Assembly (NCBI GenBank): GCA_034780895.1 | Contig: JAUZTB010000001.1 | Span: 110,255,570 to 110,319,569 of the forward strand | From: Rhynchobatus australiae | Lineage: Eukaryota | Direction: 5' to 3' | Length of the DNA: 64,000 nt | Shown here: piece after piece, positions 50,651 to 64,000 of the stretch | How positions within the stretch are numbered: position 1 is the first letter of the stretch | Layout of the letters: each line of letters opens with the position of its first letter | Made by a program: the position numbers and the translations under genes | Notes under the pieces: model-generated | What the model was told of the DNA's origin: nothing | What the model saw: only the letters and a program-made list of their open reading frames with translations | The model's database searches: none

Positions 50651-51337
50651 NNNNNNNNNNNNNNNNNNNNNNNNNNNNNNNNNNNNNNNNNNNNNNNNNN
50701 NNNNNNNNNNNNNNNNNNNNNNNNNNNNNNNNNNNNNNNNNNNNNNNNNNNNNNNNNNNNNNNNNNNNNNNNNNNNNNNNNNNNNNNNNNNNNNNNNNNN
50801 NNNNNNNNNNNNNNNNNNNNNNNNNNNNNNNATCTCTGCACAGATGCTATCTGATCTGCTAAGTGTCACCAACACTTCCTGTTTTTAGTGCAGTTATGTG
50901 TTCGACATTTAAAAATCGGCAGGCTGTCCAAGGCTGTCAGGACATTCTGGGATGGGAGCTCAGTGATATCCCACCTGTGTCCTTGTTGCCTCTCTGGTGC
51001 CGAGAGTTAACTCATTCAGCCCTCTGCATACAGAAAATGCAAGGTCTGGTGGGCAGGCACCACGTGTGGTGAGTCAGGTCAGCAAAATCCAGTCTGATAA
51101 AAATACCTGCTTAATTTACAATGATAATCAATCCAGATCCAGCTGCAAAGAAGTAATTGCAGAAGATCTTTGAGTGGACAATTTAACACAGGAAGATTTG
51201 TGCATTTAAGCTCATAGACTGCATTCTGTCACCCAAATAATGTGAAAAGAAGAAAAAATTGAAAAAACACAATTACTATTGAACCACTTCATGATATGTT
51301 GGTGAATGTTATAACCAAAATCTTAATAGTCAGCAAA

Positions 51338-52790
51338 CAGAGTCATAGAGACATGGAATTATACTGAATGGAAACTCATCCATGCTGACCAGAGTGCCTC
51401 CCTGAGTTAATCCCATTTACCTGCATTGGGCCGATATCCCTCAAAACCTTTCCTATCCATGTACCTATCCAAATGTTTTTTTCAATGTTGTAATTGCTCC
51501 TGCCTCTGCCGTCTCCTCTGGCAGTTCATTTCATATACCCACTACCTTCTGTGTGAGAAACTTGCCCTTCAGATCACCTTTAAATCTTTCCCCTCTCACC
51601 TTAAACCTATACCCTCTAGTTTTATACTCCTCCACCCAGAGAAAAAGACTGTGACTATCTACCCTATCTATGCCCAACATGATTTCATAAACCTCTGTAA
51701 GATCACCTCTCAGCCTTCTTTCCTCCAGGGAAAACAGTCCCAGACAATCCAGTCTCTCTTTATAATTCAAGCCCTCCAGTCCCAGCAACGTCCTTCTGAA
51801 TCTTTTTCTGCAGCCTCTCCAGCTTAATCACTTCCATCCAGTAGCATGGCTCCAAGTGCGGTCTCATCAACGCCTTGTGCAACTGCAGCATGATGTCTCA
51901 ACTCCTGTACTCAGTGCCCTGACCAATGACGGCAAGTTTTCTGCAGCACCTTGCCTACCTCTGGCGCCACTTTCAGGTAATTGTATCCCTCATTCACTGT
52001 GTATGTTCTGCCCTGGTTCAACCACCCAAAATGCATCAATTCACACCTGTCTGATTTAAATTCTATTTGCTATTCCCTTGCCCACTTTCCCAGTTGATAT
52101 AGATCCTGTTGTAACCTTAGACAATCTTCTTCACTGTCCAGTACACCTCCAATTTTGGTGTCATCTGCAAACTTACTGATCATGTCGCCTGCATTGTCAT
52201 CCAGATTGTTAATATATATGGAAAACAACAGTGGACCCAGCACCAACTCCTCTGTCACACCACTGATCACAGGCCTCCAATCTCAAAAACAACTCCCCAC
52301 TACAACCCTCTGCCTCCTACCACCAAGCCAATTTTGTATCCAATTGGCTAGCTTGCCCTGGGTCCCACGTGATCTCACCATCCAGACCAGCCTGCCAACC
52401 AGGACCTTGTCAAAAACGTTACTGAGGTCCATGTAGACTACATCCACCCCACCGCTTTTGTTCATCCTCTTGCTCGGCTCTTAAAAAAGACTCAATCAAA
52501 TTTGTGACACACAATTTCCAGTGCACAAATCCATGTTGACTATTCCCAATCAATCCTTGCCTTTCCAAATGCAAATATATCCTGTCTCTCAGAATCCCCT
52601 CCATTAACTTTCCTACCAGTGATGTTAAGCTCATGGTCTGTAGTACCCCGGCTTGTCCTTCAGAGCTTCTTAAATTAAGCCACAACACTAGCCATCCCGC
52701 AGTCTGCTGGTACCTCATCTGTGGCTGATAAAGATACAAGAACCTCTGTCAGGGCCCCAACAATTTCTTCCTTTGCTTCCCACACGATCC
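51338..52790 (-). mobile_element. CR1 LINE ORF2 remnant (RT domain plus 3' end)
   Basis: SLTSLVGKLMEGILRDRIYLHLERQGLIGNSQHGF; VDVVYMDLSNVFDKV; VLGPLLFSIYINNLD..ISKFADDTKIGG; GLFSLEERRLRGDLTEVYEIM. Multiple stops and frameshifts. Confidence 0.95.
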
Positions 52791-54599
52791 AAATGGAAGC
52801 TTCTATAGTTGTTCAGGTACAAGTTGTAGTATTCTTCATTGCCCCAAACTATTTGTAAATTGATCATATCAGAATGTATTTATTGTTATATCTTATTCAA
52901 AGCATGTGTGTAAACCAATGAGGACAATCTGTGAAAGTGAGCTATGGAGAAATAATCTGAACAATGCTCAACCATAATTGGCATGGGAACAATTTGTGAC
53001 AGGGAACTATTAAGGCACAGTATATGATTACTTTTAACATTAAAGAAACTTGTGTTATCTTCAACATGAGCAAATTGTGGACTTAAAAATATACTGAACT
53101 GGTTGTTGAATTAATCTGCAATAATAAATATTAATACATCTGCATTTAAGAACAAACTAGAGCCATGAACAATATATAATATAAATCTGGGATTACTCAT
53201 CACAGTGGTTAAATACTACTTCACTAGAGGCATCCCATCTGAAGTTTCAAACAATGAATTTATCTACTTATATTTCCAAGACAAATTTCAGTAATAATAA
53301 TTACTTATTATTTTCTTATTGGAACACAGACCATGTTCCCTCTGAAAAATACTTAATTATGAATGTCATTACGTAGTTAAATACTGCAACATAAAATGGA
53401 TTATGAAGTTAGAAATCTGACTCCCATATAAAGCCCGTGTCCAAATTGACACTTATGAATCCATCCGATTCATAATAAAGATAACCACAGAGCAAAGAGA
53501 ATTTAGGATACAATTGTTGTTTGCTGAATAAAAGTAATATAATCAATAAAACAGTTTTCATATAATTCCTGAGAGGTTTAATTTACTTAAAAATATACTG
53601 AACATAGCATCTGCAATAATTAGCAATTAAAATAAAACAATGACTCTTTTCTTATATAAAGTACTTTAAAATAATATAGTAGCACTTCAGGTGCTTTCAC
53701 TGGATTAGCAGCAAAGGGTTTGTAATTATGAACAAAATCATAGTAGAAAGTTCAAAATTCCTTCTGACAGATAGAAATATTAAGTATGCCATATAAACAG
53801 TGCAAACTATTTTGTCAAAATGTGAAAACCTATCCAAAGTACCAAGGTGAAGTGAGAATTCAGGAGTGTGTGGGAACAAGCACCATAACAAGTAGATGGG
53901 TAAATAGTTTTGTACATTTAAATGGAGGTTTTTTTTCTGTTGCCCCAATGAAAATAGTATATTATTTCATATTTCCTCTGAAAATTGTTGTTTATGTTCT
54001 GATGATTGAAATAATAATTCTGATGATTTAAAACAAATTCTTAATTCAGTTTATTCAAGTGTTTGATTATTAACACAATAAATTCATCCTGAAAATTACA
54101 ACACTAGTGTAATTTCAGGAATTTTATGTCGCTTCACATTAAGATTAATTTTTTCCCTAAAGTAGGATTTTTGTTTTATTATGTTTCATAACTTGATAAT
54201 TTATAGTATAAAACTTACATGGAAACACAATAAATTGTTGTTTGAGGTGTTTTCAACATCTGAGATACTTCAGAAAATATTATTATTGTATGCTATAAAT
54301 TATATCGACACAAAAATTATGGGAACTTTTATTGTAAAATGCTTTGCACATTGACTTTGATGTAAATATTCTCTACAAATCATACTTCCCTTGTCTCATT
54401 AAAGTTTTTATTTTATGGCAATTTCATATTTTTTGAATACAAAATTGATTAATCTTGAAACTATAATAGATGTAGTGATTGCAAATATGTCATTTCATCT
54501 GCTGCATTAAATTCAATTTTAATAATTGCTAGGAAATATTTTGGAGAGAAACAGATAAAGATATTTATTGTCTCAAGTTCTGACACCTGGTGGAATTGG

Positions 54600-55325
54600 T
54601 AGCCCTTTTTTGATTGTATTCTGACATTCCTGCAACTACTCAATGTGCCTCCAATGGTTAATCTTGTTGTGCAGCAAATGACAGGGCACGTGGCAGACAA
54701 TGATGGTCTGCAAGGGGTGAGTGATGCGGCAGACAATGAAGGACTTGACGATTCTGCAAGGGGTGATCTTAGAATATCTTCTGAAAGCTCTGGTTAAAAG
54801 AGTAAATACTCTGAACTGGGAGACCTACGATGGGGAAAGGGTCCTGGTTTCAGGACTCCTCAGTGTCTGTGCACAGGTTCCTGACACATCAGGCTAGCAA
54901 GGAATACATACTGTTTCAAAAACAAACTATTCCTCTTGGAGTCAAGTACTTCTGCTGTATCACTTCTGTGAAAGTAAACTGAAAACTGGTAAGGTCACCA
55001 ATTGTACCCAAAGATGATCTACAGAATAGAAATGAAGGACTACAGTTAAATTGACAAACACAGGCAGTACTATCCATGTCTTAATAGATGATGCAACAGA
55101 TTACACAACTCGGTGAGAATGTCCCTCATGAAGCAGAGGTGCAGAACATGGTGCTTTTCAGTCAGCTTGTGATATCCTGAATCTACATAGGCATAGGGTC
55201 TCCTGAACTCCTTCCTTGAATGGCTGCTTTATGTTCCATCACTTTGTCTGTGCAATGACTCTTGCATCTGTTTGGTGTGTTATACCCCAAAGGAAAGGGA
55301 GGAAGAGCAGTAGAGGGGGACACAG
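54600..55325 (-). mobile_element. Probable very old Tx1/L1-clade ORF2 C-terminal remnant
   Basis: Minus-strand pieces FLWG ... WNIKQPFKEG resemble FxW...KPxxxGG. SATCPVICCTTRLTIGGTLSSC resembles a decayed CPxC...TxxHxxxxC zinc knuckle, and the pieces occur in the expected order. Confidence 0.35.
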
Positions 55326-55329
55326 CACA

Positions 55330-55849
55330 ATAGAATCATAGAGTTATATAGCATGGAAACAGGCCATTTGGTCCAACATGTCCATGCTGATCAAGGTTCC
55401 TACCTGAGCTAGTCCCATCTGTCTACCTTTGGCCCATATCCCTCTAAACCCTTCCTATCCATGTATCTGGTTAAATGTCTTTTAAACATCGTAATCGTAC
55501 CTGCCTCCACAGCTTCCTCTGACAGCTCATTCCATATATCCATCGCCCTCTGGGTGGAAAACCTTGCCCCTCAGATCTCCTTTAAATCTTTCCCCTCTCA
55601 CCTTAAACCTATGCCCTCTAGGTTTAGACTCCCCTACTCTGGGAAAAACACGGTGACCATTCCCATTATTCTAATTTTATATTCTAGCTCACTTTGGACC
55701 CCATGTGATCTAACCTTCTGGACCAGCCTAGCATGAGGGATCTTGAAAATGCTAAAGTCCATGTAGACAACATCTACCACCTTATCCTCGTCAATCGTCT
55801 TAGGCACCTCTTCAAAAAACTCAAATTTGTGAGACATGATTTCCCATGC
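55330..55849 (-). mobile_element. CR1 LINE with internal deletion
   Basis: The 3' end and (ATAGAATC) tail at 55330-55660 are joined to the RT piece EFFEEVPKTIDEDKVVDVVYMDFS..IPHARLVQKVRSHG. Confidence 0.9.
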
Positions 55850-56394
55850 NNNNNNNNNNNNNNNNNNNNNNNNNNNNNNNNNNNNNNNNNNNNNNNNNNN
55901 NNNNNNNNNNNNNNNNNNNNNNNNNNNNNNNNNNNNNNNNNNNNNNNNNTAATTGTAGCAATTCAGAAGGTGAAGATTGTAATCTGAGATGATTCATATT
56001 GCAGAAATCTGATCCAGAAACGACACCAATAATTCTACAAAACAAAATGGGACATAGTTTTAGGAAAGAGTATTTTAGGTTTAGACAATGAATAATATGT
56101 CATACGGTGATGTTCAATCTGATCTTATTTACCTTAAAGATTACAGCTAGAGTTTCTCAAGCCTATTAGCATTGGCTAGGAGGGCAGTAGGAGAGGGATT
56201 TATGATATTTAAACATAAGAGGGACTCAAGTTACAAAGGTATTGTTCCTGCAATCACAAGATTACCAGTTTATTGTAAGAATTATGGATTAATGAGCTAG
56301 TGCAAATTCAACGGCCCGTCCACATGCTTCATAATTGACACGTATGCCATTTGATGTTCAACGAATGAAAATGAAGGGAAAAAGTCTTTGCTTT

Positions 56395-56860
56395 CGAAGC
56401 AGTGGTCTCAGCCACAAGACATCTCTGCAGGTGTTCCTTACCATGATGTCCTAGGTACAACCATCTTCAGCTGTTTCATCAAAGACCTTCTGTCCATCAG
56501 AGGTATAAATGTTCACTAATCAATGCAGTTTTCAATTCCATTCAAAATTCATCAGGTAATGCAGTTCTCTGCACCCAAGAAGGTCTGGGCTGATTGGAGG
56601 CAAATAGCACTCATGCCACACTGACTATCGACAAAAAAGAGCGTCTAACCATTTCCCCACCATCAATATCTGGGGGNNNNNNNNNNNNNNNNNNNNNNNN
56701 NNNNNNNNNNNNNNNNNNNNNNNNNNNNNNNNNNNNNNNNNNNNNNNNNNNNNNNNNNNNNNNNNNNNNNNNNNNNGGGGGCCATTATTGAGCAGAAAGG
56801 AAGTGGACCAGCAAGATCAATACCATGGTCAAAAGGTCAGAGGTCACCTCCTCTCTCCAA
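56395..56860 (+). mobile_element. Non-LTR LINE RT remnant (Jockey/CR1-L2 group, distinct from the main CR1)
   Basis: SQPQDISAGVPYHDVLGTTIFSCFIKDLLSI matches GVPQGSVLGP..F..FINDLP. WADWRQI and PTINI(L)G pieces follow downstream. Confidence 0.7.
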
Positions 56861-56949
56861 CCACTGATCTTCCAAAATCTTCATATCCACTTGTCTGGAT
56901 AAGTAACAGTGAAAGCAAGAGAAGAGAGAGAGTGAAAGGCTGTGATAAA

Positions 56950-57095
56950 TAACTCTGGATGCAGAGGGAATGGAGGGATATGGATATTGGTTCAGAATAT
57001 GGATGAGCTAATGGAGCAACTATATTTATACTAAAAGGTAGATCAGGCTTAAAGGTCTGGATTGTTGGCTCCTGCTCCTTTTTCTTATATTCTTG
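56950..57095 (+). mobile_element. CR1 3' UTR remnant
   Basis: GGGAATGGAGGGATATGG...CAGGCTTAAAGG...CTCCTGCTCCTTTTTCTTATATTCTT. Confidence 0.6.
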
Positions 57096-60000
57096 GGTTT
57101 TATGGCATATTGGAAAATTACTGTATCTCTTCCAACAATTATGAAGTAAGTGTACAGTAAATGGGTTCTACATCAATTGACACAGAACACATATTGGATC
57201 TGGGTCACAATAATGGACATGACTGGCCAATTCTAAATTAACATTGAGGACTGAAGGGATTAAACTGAAATTCTTTTTCCCCTTCCCTGCACTTGTTTAG
57301 CAAAGATTTTGTTATTTACACTGAGGGATTTCCTCGCAATATTTCGGAGGTATTCTTTGTAATGATGTGAATAACATTGAAGTGTGCAAAATAAACACAT
57401 TTTTATTTCCCAGCAAGCAATGAATATTGAATGGTTGTATTAGTCAGTTAAACTCGGAGTTAGTTTGATGGCATGAATTAAACATTGGTGATTTGTGTAT
57501 TGCCTGGAGTGCAGTAGTTTTTTTTCCCCCACAGTTACTTTGTACATGTGCAAGCATACAAACAGCAATAGTTGTTAGTAAATTGTTCGTTGAGGTGTTG
57601 AAGATGGATTAATTTTCTTTCCTTTCTGCTGATTCCAGTCTATAACAACGACGCTACACACATCTCTTAAAACATGTACAGGTGATGTATTCTACTTTCC
57701 TTTGTGGCAGGAAATAATCTTCATTTAGAATTCAGTAAATATATGTCCAATGTTTTCAGAGGTGTCTGAAATATTTGCGTGGCCAGTAAAAATAAAAGTA
57801 GTAAGTTTATCGGGTAGCACCACTTTAAAATGCTTTTAAGAAACTTTCAGGAAGTTAGTTGTTTCACTGCAGCGTACTGTATCTATCTTTGTAATAAATT
57901 ACGTATTTAATCGATATCTGAAACATCCTGGCATGAAGTTGCCGCACTCGGGTGTTTGGAAGTTTTTAATTGCCTCATTTAAGCTGTAAATCCTAAATCC
58001 ATTGAACATCGTGTCCTTCTTGTTTCCAATAAAAAGCTCCCGAATAGATATTTTGCAACAGTTTGTTTAAATGCCTGCAATTATGCATGAGAAGAAGGAG
58101 AGAATGGGTGGGGTAGAGGAGGCGGTGTGGAGGAGACTTTTATTTTCTCTCCATCTGCTCCATGAACGCAGTGCGGTTGCAGAAGTCTATTTAAGGCAGT
58201 TACTAATAACCTGAAAAGGCTAGTTTTTTTTTTCTTTTTTAAAAAGAGGCGTTTCCGTTCACAATATTATACACAAGGGATTGTATTTTAAAATAATGCC
58301 GGAGGAGAATTGTATTACCATTTGCAAACTGTTGTGATGCCAATATGGATCTATAATTAAATATTACCCAAATTTTAAACTTCACTTTGTACAATTCTCT
58401 GTAAAAACACAAACTATAAACTAGTAATGTTCGATTGCCAATAGGTCTTTCCCGCAGTAAATCACACAAATTGTTCTTCAGCCCTATGTCAGAAGCATAT
58501 TTATGAAAAAAACTTCCTCTTCCAATTATCTATTTCCATTGCCTGCATCTGTACGCTGTATCTGTTAGCTAAGAACTTGCATTTCTTTCCCGGCGCAAGT
58601 TTATAAGTCATATCAGTTGACCGAGGATTCTAAATTTTTTTTGTTATTATAATCTCAACAGCAGCATTGGGAACTTTGCATTGGTTAGTTGCATGAGGAG
58701 CTATTTTAATTTAACAAAAAATAAATACTAAATCAAGCATTTATCACAAGTTTGCACAGAATGCTTCACATTCAGTTTCTGTGAAAAATAAGTTGAACTT
58801 CGATTTAAATGAGGTGGATTAAATCTCGATTGGATTTGTGCATGTAGTTATAATTTGCTCAGATCTATCAAGTAAAACCATGCTGTAACACTAAAGTTCG
58901 GAAGTGTGATTAATATGTTAAAACCTTCATTTCCTGAACGCCGAATTTTTTAACAGCCGAAACTGGGGTTGATATTTAGTGGTTTAATAGTAACCTAATA
59001 CTGTAAAGGAGGAGGAATCACGACTCCTACATTGCTGGTGGGCTGCTTTTAAAAGTGCATTAAGAACATAGACTTGCATGTTAATCATCACCCACGACCA
59101 CTATAATTGTTAATAAACTTTGTTTCAACTGCATGGTAATTTTACTCAGGATCTATTTAATAATGACAAGTAATAAAAAGAGGTTTCAAGTTTATTGTGG
59201 TTCTCTGGGATTGTTTTCCTTTCAGTGCTTTTGCTATTCCAAGCCATTCCAGTTGGCAGATAGGGTGACAAATTCCCAGCTACAGACCACTCCGGCGACG
59301 GTTCAAACGTCGTTATTCACTGACCAACATTGTCGGAACCTGTTTTTTTAAGGGATGATCACGTCACGTTGGCTTTGCAAAAAGTTGCTTACTATTTTAA
59401 TGCAATGCGGGACAGTCTCCAGCAAAATAACTTCGGCTAGAGCTGTGTTTTCAGCTCCCAAATGGACATGGAGGACGAGAGGATCGGGGATAAGTAAAAC
59501 CAATGTTGGGATAATGAATGTTTTCAACAATGTTGAACTTCCATATACAGTGAAATCATCAGGATGTGATCATAAATCTGTGCGAGATCCCACGCTACGA
59601 CTGCTGTGTTGTCCTCTCTTCTGTCTAAATTCCATCTGGTAATACATTTCACAAGCATCAACAATAAAACAGTGAGATTTAGATTCAATTTATCTTAATG
59701 CATCGAGTTTTCACTGCTGTTCACCCGTCGTCTGCGGCTGCGCCACTTAATTCCCCAAAACTTAACAAAACCTCACTGACTTACACCATACCTTCCAGAC
59801 TGTGTTCAATGCAGTGAGAAAAGGTTTACTCTGGAGATCTAGTTTAATTAAGCCGCCTTTCAAAATTTAAAGCCGATACATACACAATTTACATATAAAA
59901 ACCTAACTTTTTTTATTTTAAACATTAAAAATTCAAGTTTAGCCATCCTAAATAAATTAATCACACTGATTCCATTTGGTTCATCCGTTTAAACAGAATC

Positions 60001-60649
60001 ACACAGTCTTGACTCCGTAGCTTTATATTCCTCGAATCTTAATACTGCCCTGGTCATGTAAATACTGTCAAAGAATTCATTTTCTAAAATCAGATTCGGT
60101 CAGCAATTAATATATTAACCTGGTATATTGGAGCTAATGCCTTCTGGTGTTTGGTTGGTATCCTCGATCCCAACAGTAATTGTGCGAATGTTTGGATAAA
60201 GTATGTAATCTTCTTCTGTTGCATTACTATTGAAATATGGCGGATTTTCAATTAAAAGCTTTCTTCAGTTCAACAGTCAATTTCCATAATGAAGACATGT
60301 CAAAAGTGAGTTTACCTTCATTTCCTAATTTTAGCAGTAAAAGTCCAACCTAATCAGTCTGTGAGGTATAATGCAAAATATTCGCATACGTTATAATACT
60401 GTCAGAATAAAAACCGATGTACAACCAACAGCTGGGCGCTTTGTGGTGCTACAAAGAAAGTAAATTATTTTTGCATCAGACATTGTATGCCGTGAAAATC
60501 AGTAGATTGTCCAAATATTGTTTATTTAAAGTCACATTAGCTAATCTGATCTTTTAAACTATTGGCGAATTTCTGATCTAGAATTTTAATAAAAGCGCCG
60601 CTCACAAAAGTGGTATCCAACTGGTATGGCTTAATAACAATTTTAAAAA

Positions 60650-60820
60650 TCTGACATTTAAGTATAAAAACGCTAGAAATTCTCGCAGGCCAGTCAGCAT
60701 CTGTGGAGAGAGAGAGATATGTTTCAGTCCACTGACCTATCTGAAATGTAATCTCAACAGACGCTGTCTGATCTGCTAAGTATGTGCACCGTTTTCTGCT
60801 TTTAATTTCAGATTTCCTGG
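60650..60820. mobile_element. Short palindromic Penelope pLTR-derived repeat, old
   Basis: CAGCATCTGTGGAGAGAG..ATGTTTCAG versus CTGAAATGT..CTCAACAGACGCTGTCTGATCTGCTAAGTAT..TTTCTGCTTTTAATTTCAGATTTCC. Confidence 0.55.
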
Positions 60821-61179
60821 GGTCTCAGTTGTTCTCTTTGTTACAAAAGTGCCATTGCTTGCTGTTTTTATTTGCCCTGATTCCATACATGTGTTATTAA
60901 TAATGAATGTTAAATGTAACAAAACGAGTTACTGATGGCCCGATTTACAAATCAACTTCACCGAGATAGCCAATTAATTAAGGAGGAATTTATGCCAGTA
61001 GTCTAAAATCGAGTGTTGAGTCTTTGAAAAGCGGCACTTGCCTCGAAGGAGTTAACTTGTTTCAAAGGAAACAAGAATAACAACAGTGCAGGCTAGAATG
61101 CTGGAAAATGGGAAACTGGCAAAGCAGGAGAATGAAATTGGCAAAAGGTGATAAGGCAATGGAAAGCACTAGTATGAAG

Positions 61180-61613
61180 TAGTCGCACGCACTCAGCCTC
61201 TCTCTTTCTTACACGCACACACTCACTCACACTTGGATCTGCTTTAGATTGCTATTTTTCCACTGAGCTCGTGTTTCGTTCCTTTTTGTGTTGGCAGCCC
61301 GCTGCTGTGAAGGGATTAAACTGTATAATTTGGAAAGCAGGCATCTGCTCCAGAGCTGTGTCAGAGGCTGATTGCAGCGCCGCGCTGTTCATAACACAAC
61401 TTTATCCCGATTAAAGCAATGAAAAATGCCTCCTGGCAGCTGATGCCCTCGAGTCCCTACCTACCTCTCGTATTTTATGTGGTAATGCATTACAAGACTG
61501 TAAATTTTCCCCATTTACTTTCCTTGACGACTGATAGATTTTTTTTTCGAAATATTCCTGTGAAATTTGGGGAATGATTCTTACAGTTGAGGACTTTCTT
61601 CTTTTCGCTGCAG
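61180..61613 (+). other. Candidate first exon (5' UTR, possibly with a 13-codon start MILTVEDFLLFAA)
   Basis: Lies in the CpG-rich domain with CCAAT/ATTGG boxes at ~60971 and ~61137 and a CT/CA-rich leader. Ends at the consensus donor CAG|GTGAGG (GT at 61614). ATG at 61574. Confidence 0.35.
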
Positions 61614-62599
61614 GTGAGGTGGGAGGTTTTTTTTGTCCCTGCTAATTAAATGGCGTCCGATACTTGGACTAATTAACTAAGAAAAATACCCGTTCTATTA
61701 CCGGAGGAAAAAATGATCCCGTTTTAATCCGTTTTAATGCTTCTGATCGAACGGCGTTCGATGACTTTACGGTCCTTGAGTTCTTATTTTGACCGCCGGT
61801 GAGATGATAGCCGATTTAGACATAAAACTATCCAGATTTTCATTGATTTATACGACTCCTCCTACTTTTCTTCAGTTCAGGAAGTGCAGTCTGTCTAAAG
61901 AGTACATCTGGACCACGAAAATAACAGGTGCCGGGCAAATGTGATCGGATCTACTTAAGGACTGAACTATCAATTTTATTTAATGTGGGGCAGAAGATTA
62001 ACATCTGTAAGAGTAAATCATCAGCTGAACTGCAATTGATGGCAATTGACTGGGTGTAAAGCACCGGGTAAAACGACATCTTTTCATTCCATACTTGCTA
62101 GTTTGTGACATTTCTTGTCAAATATACCAAACTGATCTATATTCCTATGGCTGTTTAAGAAATGCTAGCAAATACATAATTTTGCGTTGACATAAAAGTT
62201 TAGTAGGAATAAATATTGTCTGGTAGATGTACAGTTTTCAGTAGATATACGCGCTTAGTAGTTTGTAAGGTTTTTGTTTTCACATGTTTAAAANNNNNNN
62301 NNNAAAACAGTATCACAATGATCATTTTAAAACGATCTTACAACGTTTCAATTCCATAGGATCCAGGTTTAAATTTTCCTTCCTAGTTTATTTTATTGCA
62401 CTTTGTCAGCAGGGTAACAGCTAGAATGTTAACCCAAGCAGTCAATCAGATCCATTACCCAGGAAGTTGAACGCCGGCACCCATGTCACTGGCATTGGAA
62501 TCTTTCCGTCCTCCTATATACAAAGTTTAAAGTCTCGCCGAGAGTAGAATCAGTTTTCTTTTTTAGAAGATGCAATCTATTTATGATGAATTATGGCAG

Positions 62600-62686
62600 T
62601 GAAGATATTTCAAAAGTAGTCCGACAGTAAACCACTTCGGGGTATCCTGCAAGGCGCTATATAAATGCAAGTCTTTGTTTTCTTTT
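62600..62686 (+). mobile_element. DeuSINE/L2-type 3' tail
   Basis: TTCAAAAGTA...GTAAACCACTTCGGGGTATCCTG.AAGGCGCTATATAAATGCAAGTCTTTGTTTTCTTT is the same tail type as 27310-27373. Confidence 0.6.
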
Positions 62687-64000
62687 AAAACTCTTTGTGA
62701 TACACTGCATAGCTCAAAGCTATGATCTAATTCTTCCACAACCGTGTCTGCATCTAACCTGGACACCAGTTCGTAAAATCTTTATTCTATAATTTAACAT
62801 TCCAATCACCTATAGTGCTACTAATATGAACAAATGCACTTTTATGAATTAGCCCATTGACGTTTTAATTTAACTGTTAAAGATTTAGGTTTATTAAAAC
62901 AAAGTTCTTGAAAAATTCAAAGGTTTCTGATGATTCGTTTTACGGTTCTACAGGGGAAAATATACACACAAGAATTCGCCGACGTAGGAAACACTAGAAC
63001 AAGTTAAAACTTTATAATGATTTGTTTGAATTCCAACAATTTCAATTGAAACAAAAATGTCCTTCAAATAAAAGCTACATGACATTACCTACCAAAATGG
63101 TGACTTTTGAATTTTGGTTAAATGGAAAAAATATCATCTGCAAGTGATCCGTCGCACTCTAATACACAGCGTGGAGTAGGTGCAGATTTATTATGCAGGA
63201 ACGGTTAACAGTGGAAAGCCACAAATACATATTCATATACAATAGTATTTAAAAGTGTTTTCGAATCTTGCTTGTGGGACATGTTTTAATCCCTGGCAGA
63301 ATGATCGTTGGTCGCGCTGCTACATAGAGCACACAGCAAAGGCAACCTAACATTTCAGAGACGAGTTCCAGTCCTGTTGTAGCTTTTGTTAAAATTTAAA
63401 ATTAATAGGGAAGGGAGCATTAGGTACACTAAGTGAATGGATCGAACAAAAAAGGATGATAGATTTCGGTGAAATCATTCGATAAAAGGTAATAACTGCT
63501 CGGATCCATAATAAATAGAATTCCATAGTTTGTGGCGACTAAATATTTAAAACGGCGTTTGTAAAACAAGATCGCAAAGTTAGTAAATGTAGAACACACT
63601 GGAGAATAATACTGCAACATTGGTAAACACAGCTATTTCCCAGTTTTTATAAAATGCACCAGACAAGCAAACCAAAGCATGTTGACTTCTGTTGTCATTT
63701 TAAGTATATCACCATTTATCATTTCAGTTCTGCCTATCACATATTTCTCTGTGTATCTCGGTATTATGTAATTTGTATTCTGGCGCGTTACTGTGTTAGG
63801 AATGGGATACGAACGTTAGCGGTTCACGTTTTCTGCAATTAAGCGGCAAATCTCCTAAACTTGGCTCCAGCAAAGTTTCCAGTCGTGAATGCACCAAGTT
63901 TTGTTATTGCCTTTTGCATTGGCTCGGACATCTGAAGTGGTTTTGACCGGTGTGGCGCTGTTGTGCTTGTATAGATTTTTAAAAATAGACGATGTTGCTC

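Larger units (their letters stand above)
57600..64000. promoter_or_regulatory. CpG-retaining (putatively unmethylated) promoter-like domain
   Basis: I counted 16 CpG in 61621-61920 versus 0 in 52981-53280. Young retroelements are absent from the domain. Confidence 0.6.

Noticed and set aside
59250-59326. tRNA-like element: A-box-like TGGCAGATAGG, hairpin GGCGACG-GTTCAAA-CGTCGTT and terminal ACCA
   Set aside because: No D or anticodon stems can be formed and the T-loop geometry is off. At most it is an isolated B-box-like hairpin.

Overview
Vertebrate nuclear DNA, almost certainly from a cartilaginous fish (shark or ray, probably a batoid), judged by the repeat families. It is a gapped draft assembly with many N-runs. 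I found no supportable intact protein-coding gene, and the listed ORFs are chance ORFs, gap artefacts or decayed retroelement fragments. The window is an AT-rich non-coding tract with CR1, L2, RTE, probable Tx1/L1 and other LINE remnants, Penelope-like (GIY-YIG) remnants and tRNA-derived SINEs. The most notable items are: (1) a ~6.5 kb, heavily diverged 28-bp tandem array (~44.0-50.5 kb) interrupted by nested CR1 insertions; (2) minimal hammerhead-ribozyme motifs in Penelope-derived repeats, several arranged as fold-backs; (3) a 148-bp local duplication with a microhomology junction; (4) a repeat-poor, motif-rich enhancer-like block (~13.6-22 kb); (5) a CpG-retaining domain (~57.6-64 kb) with a candidate promoter and first exon. 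Repeat family names come from recalled consensus motifs rather than database searches, and boundaries are approximate.
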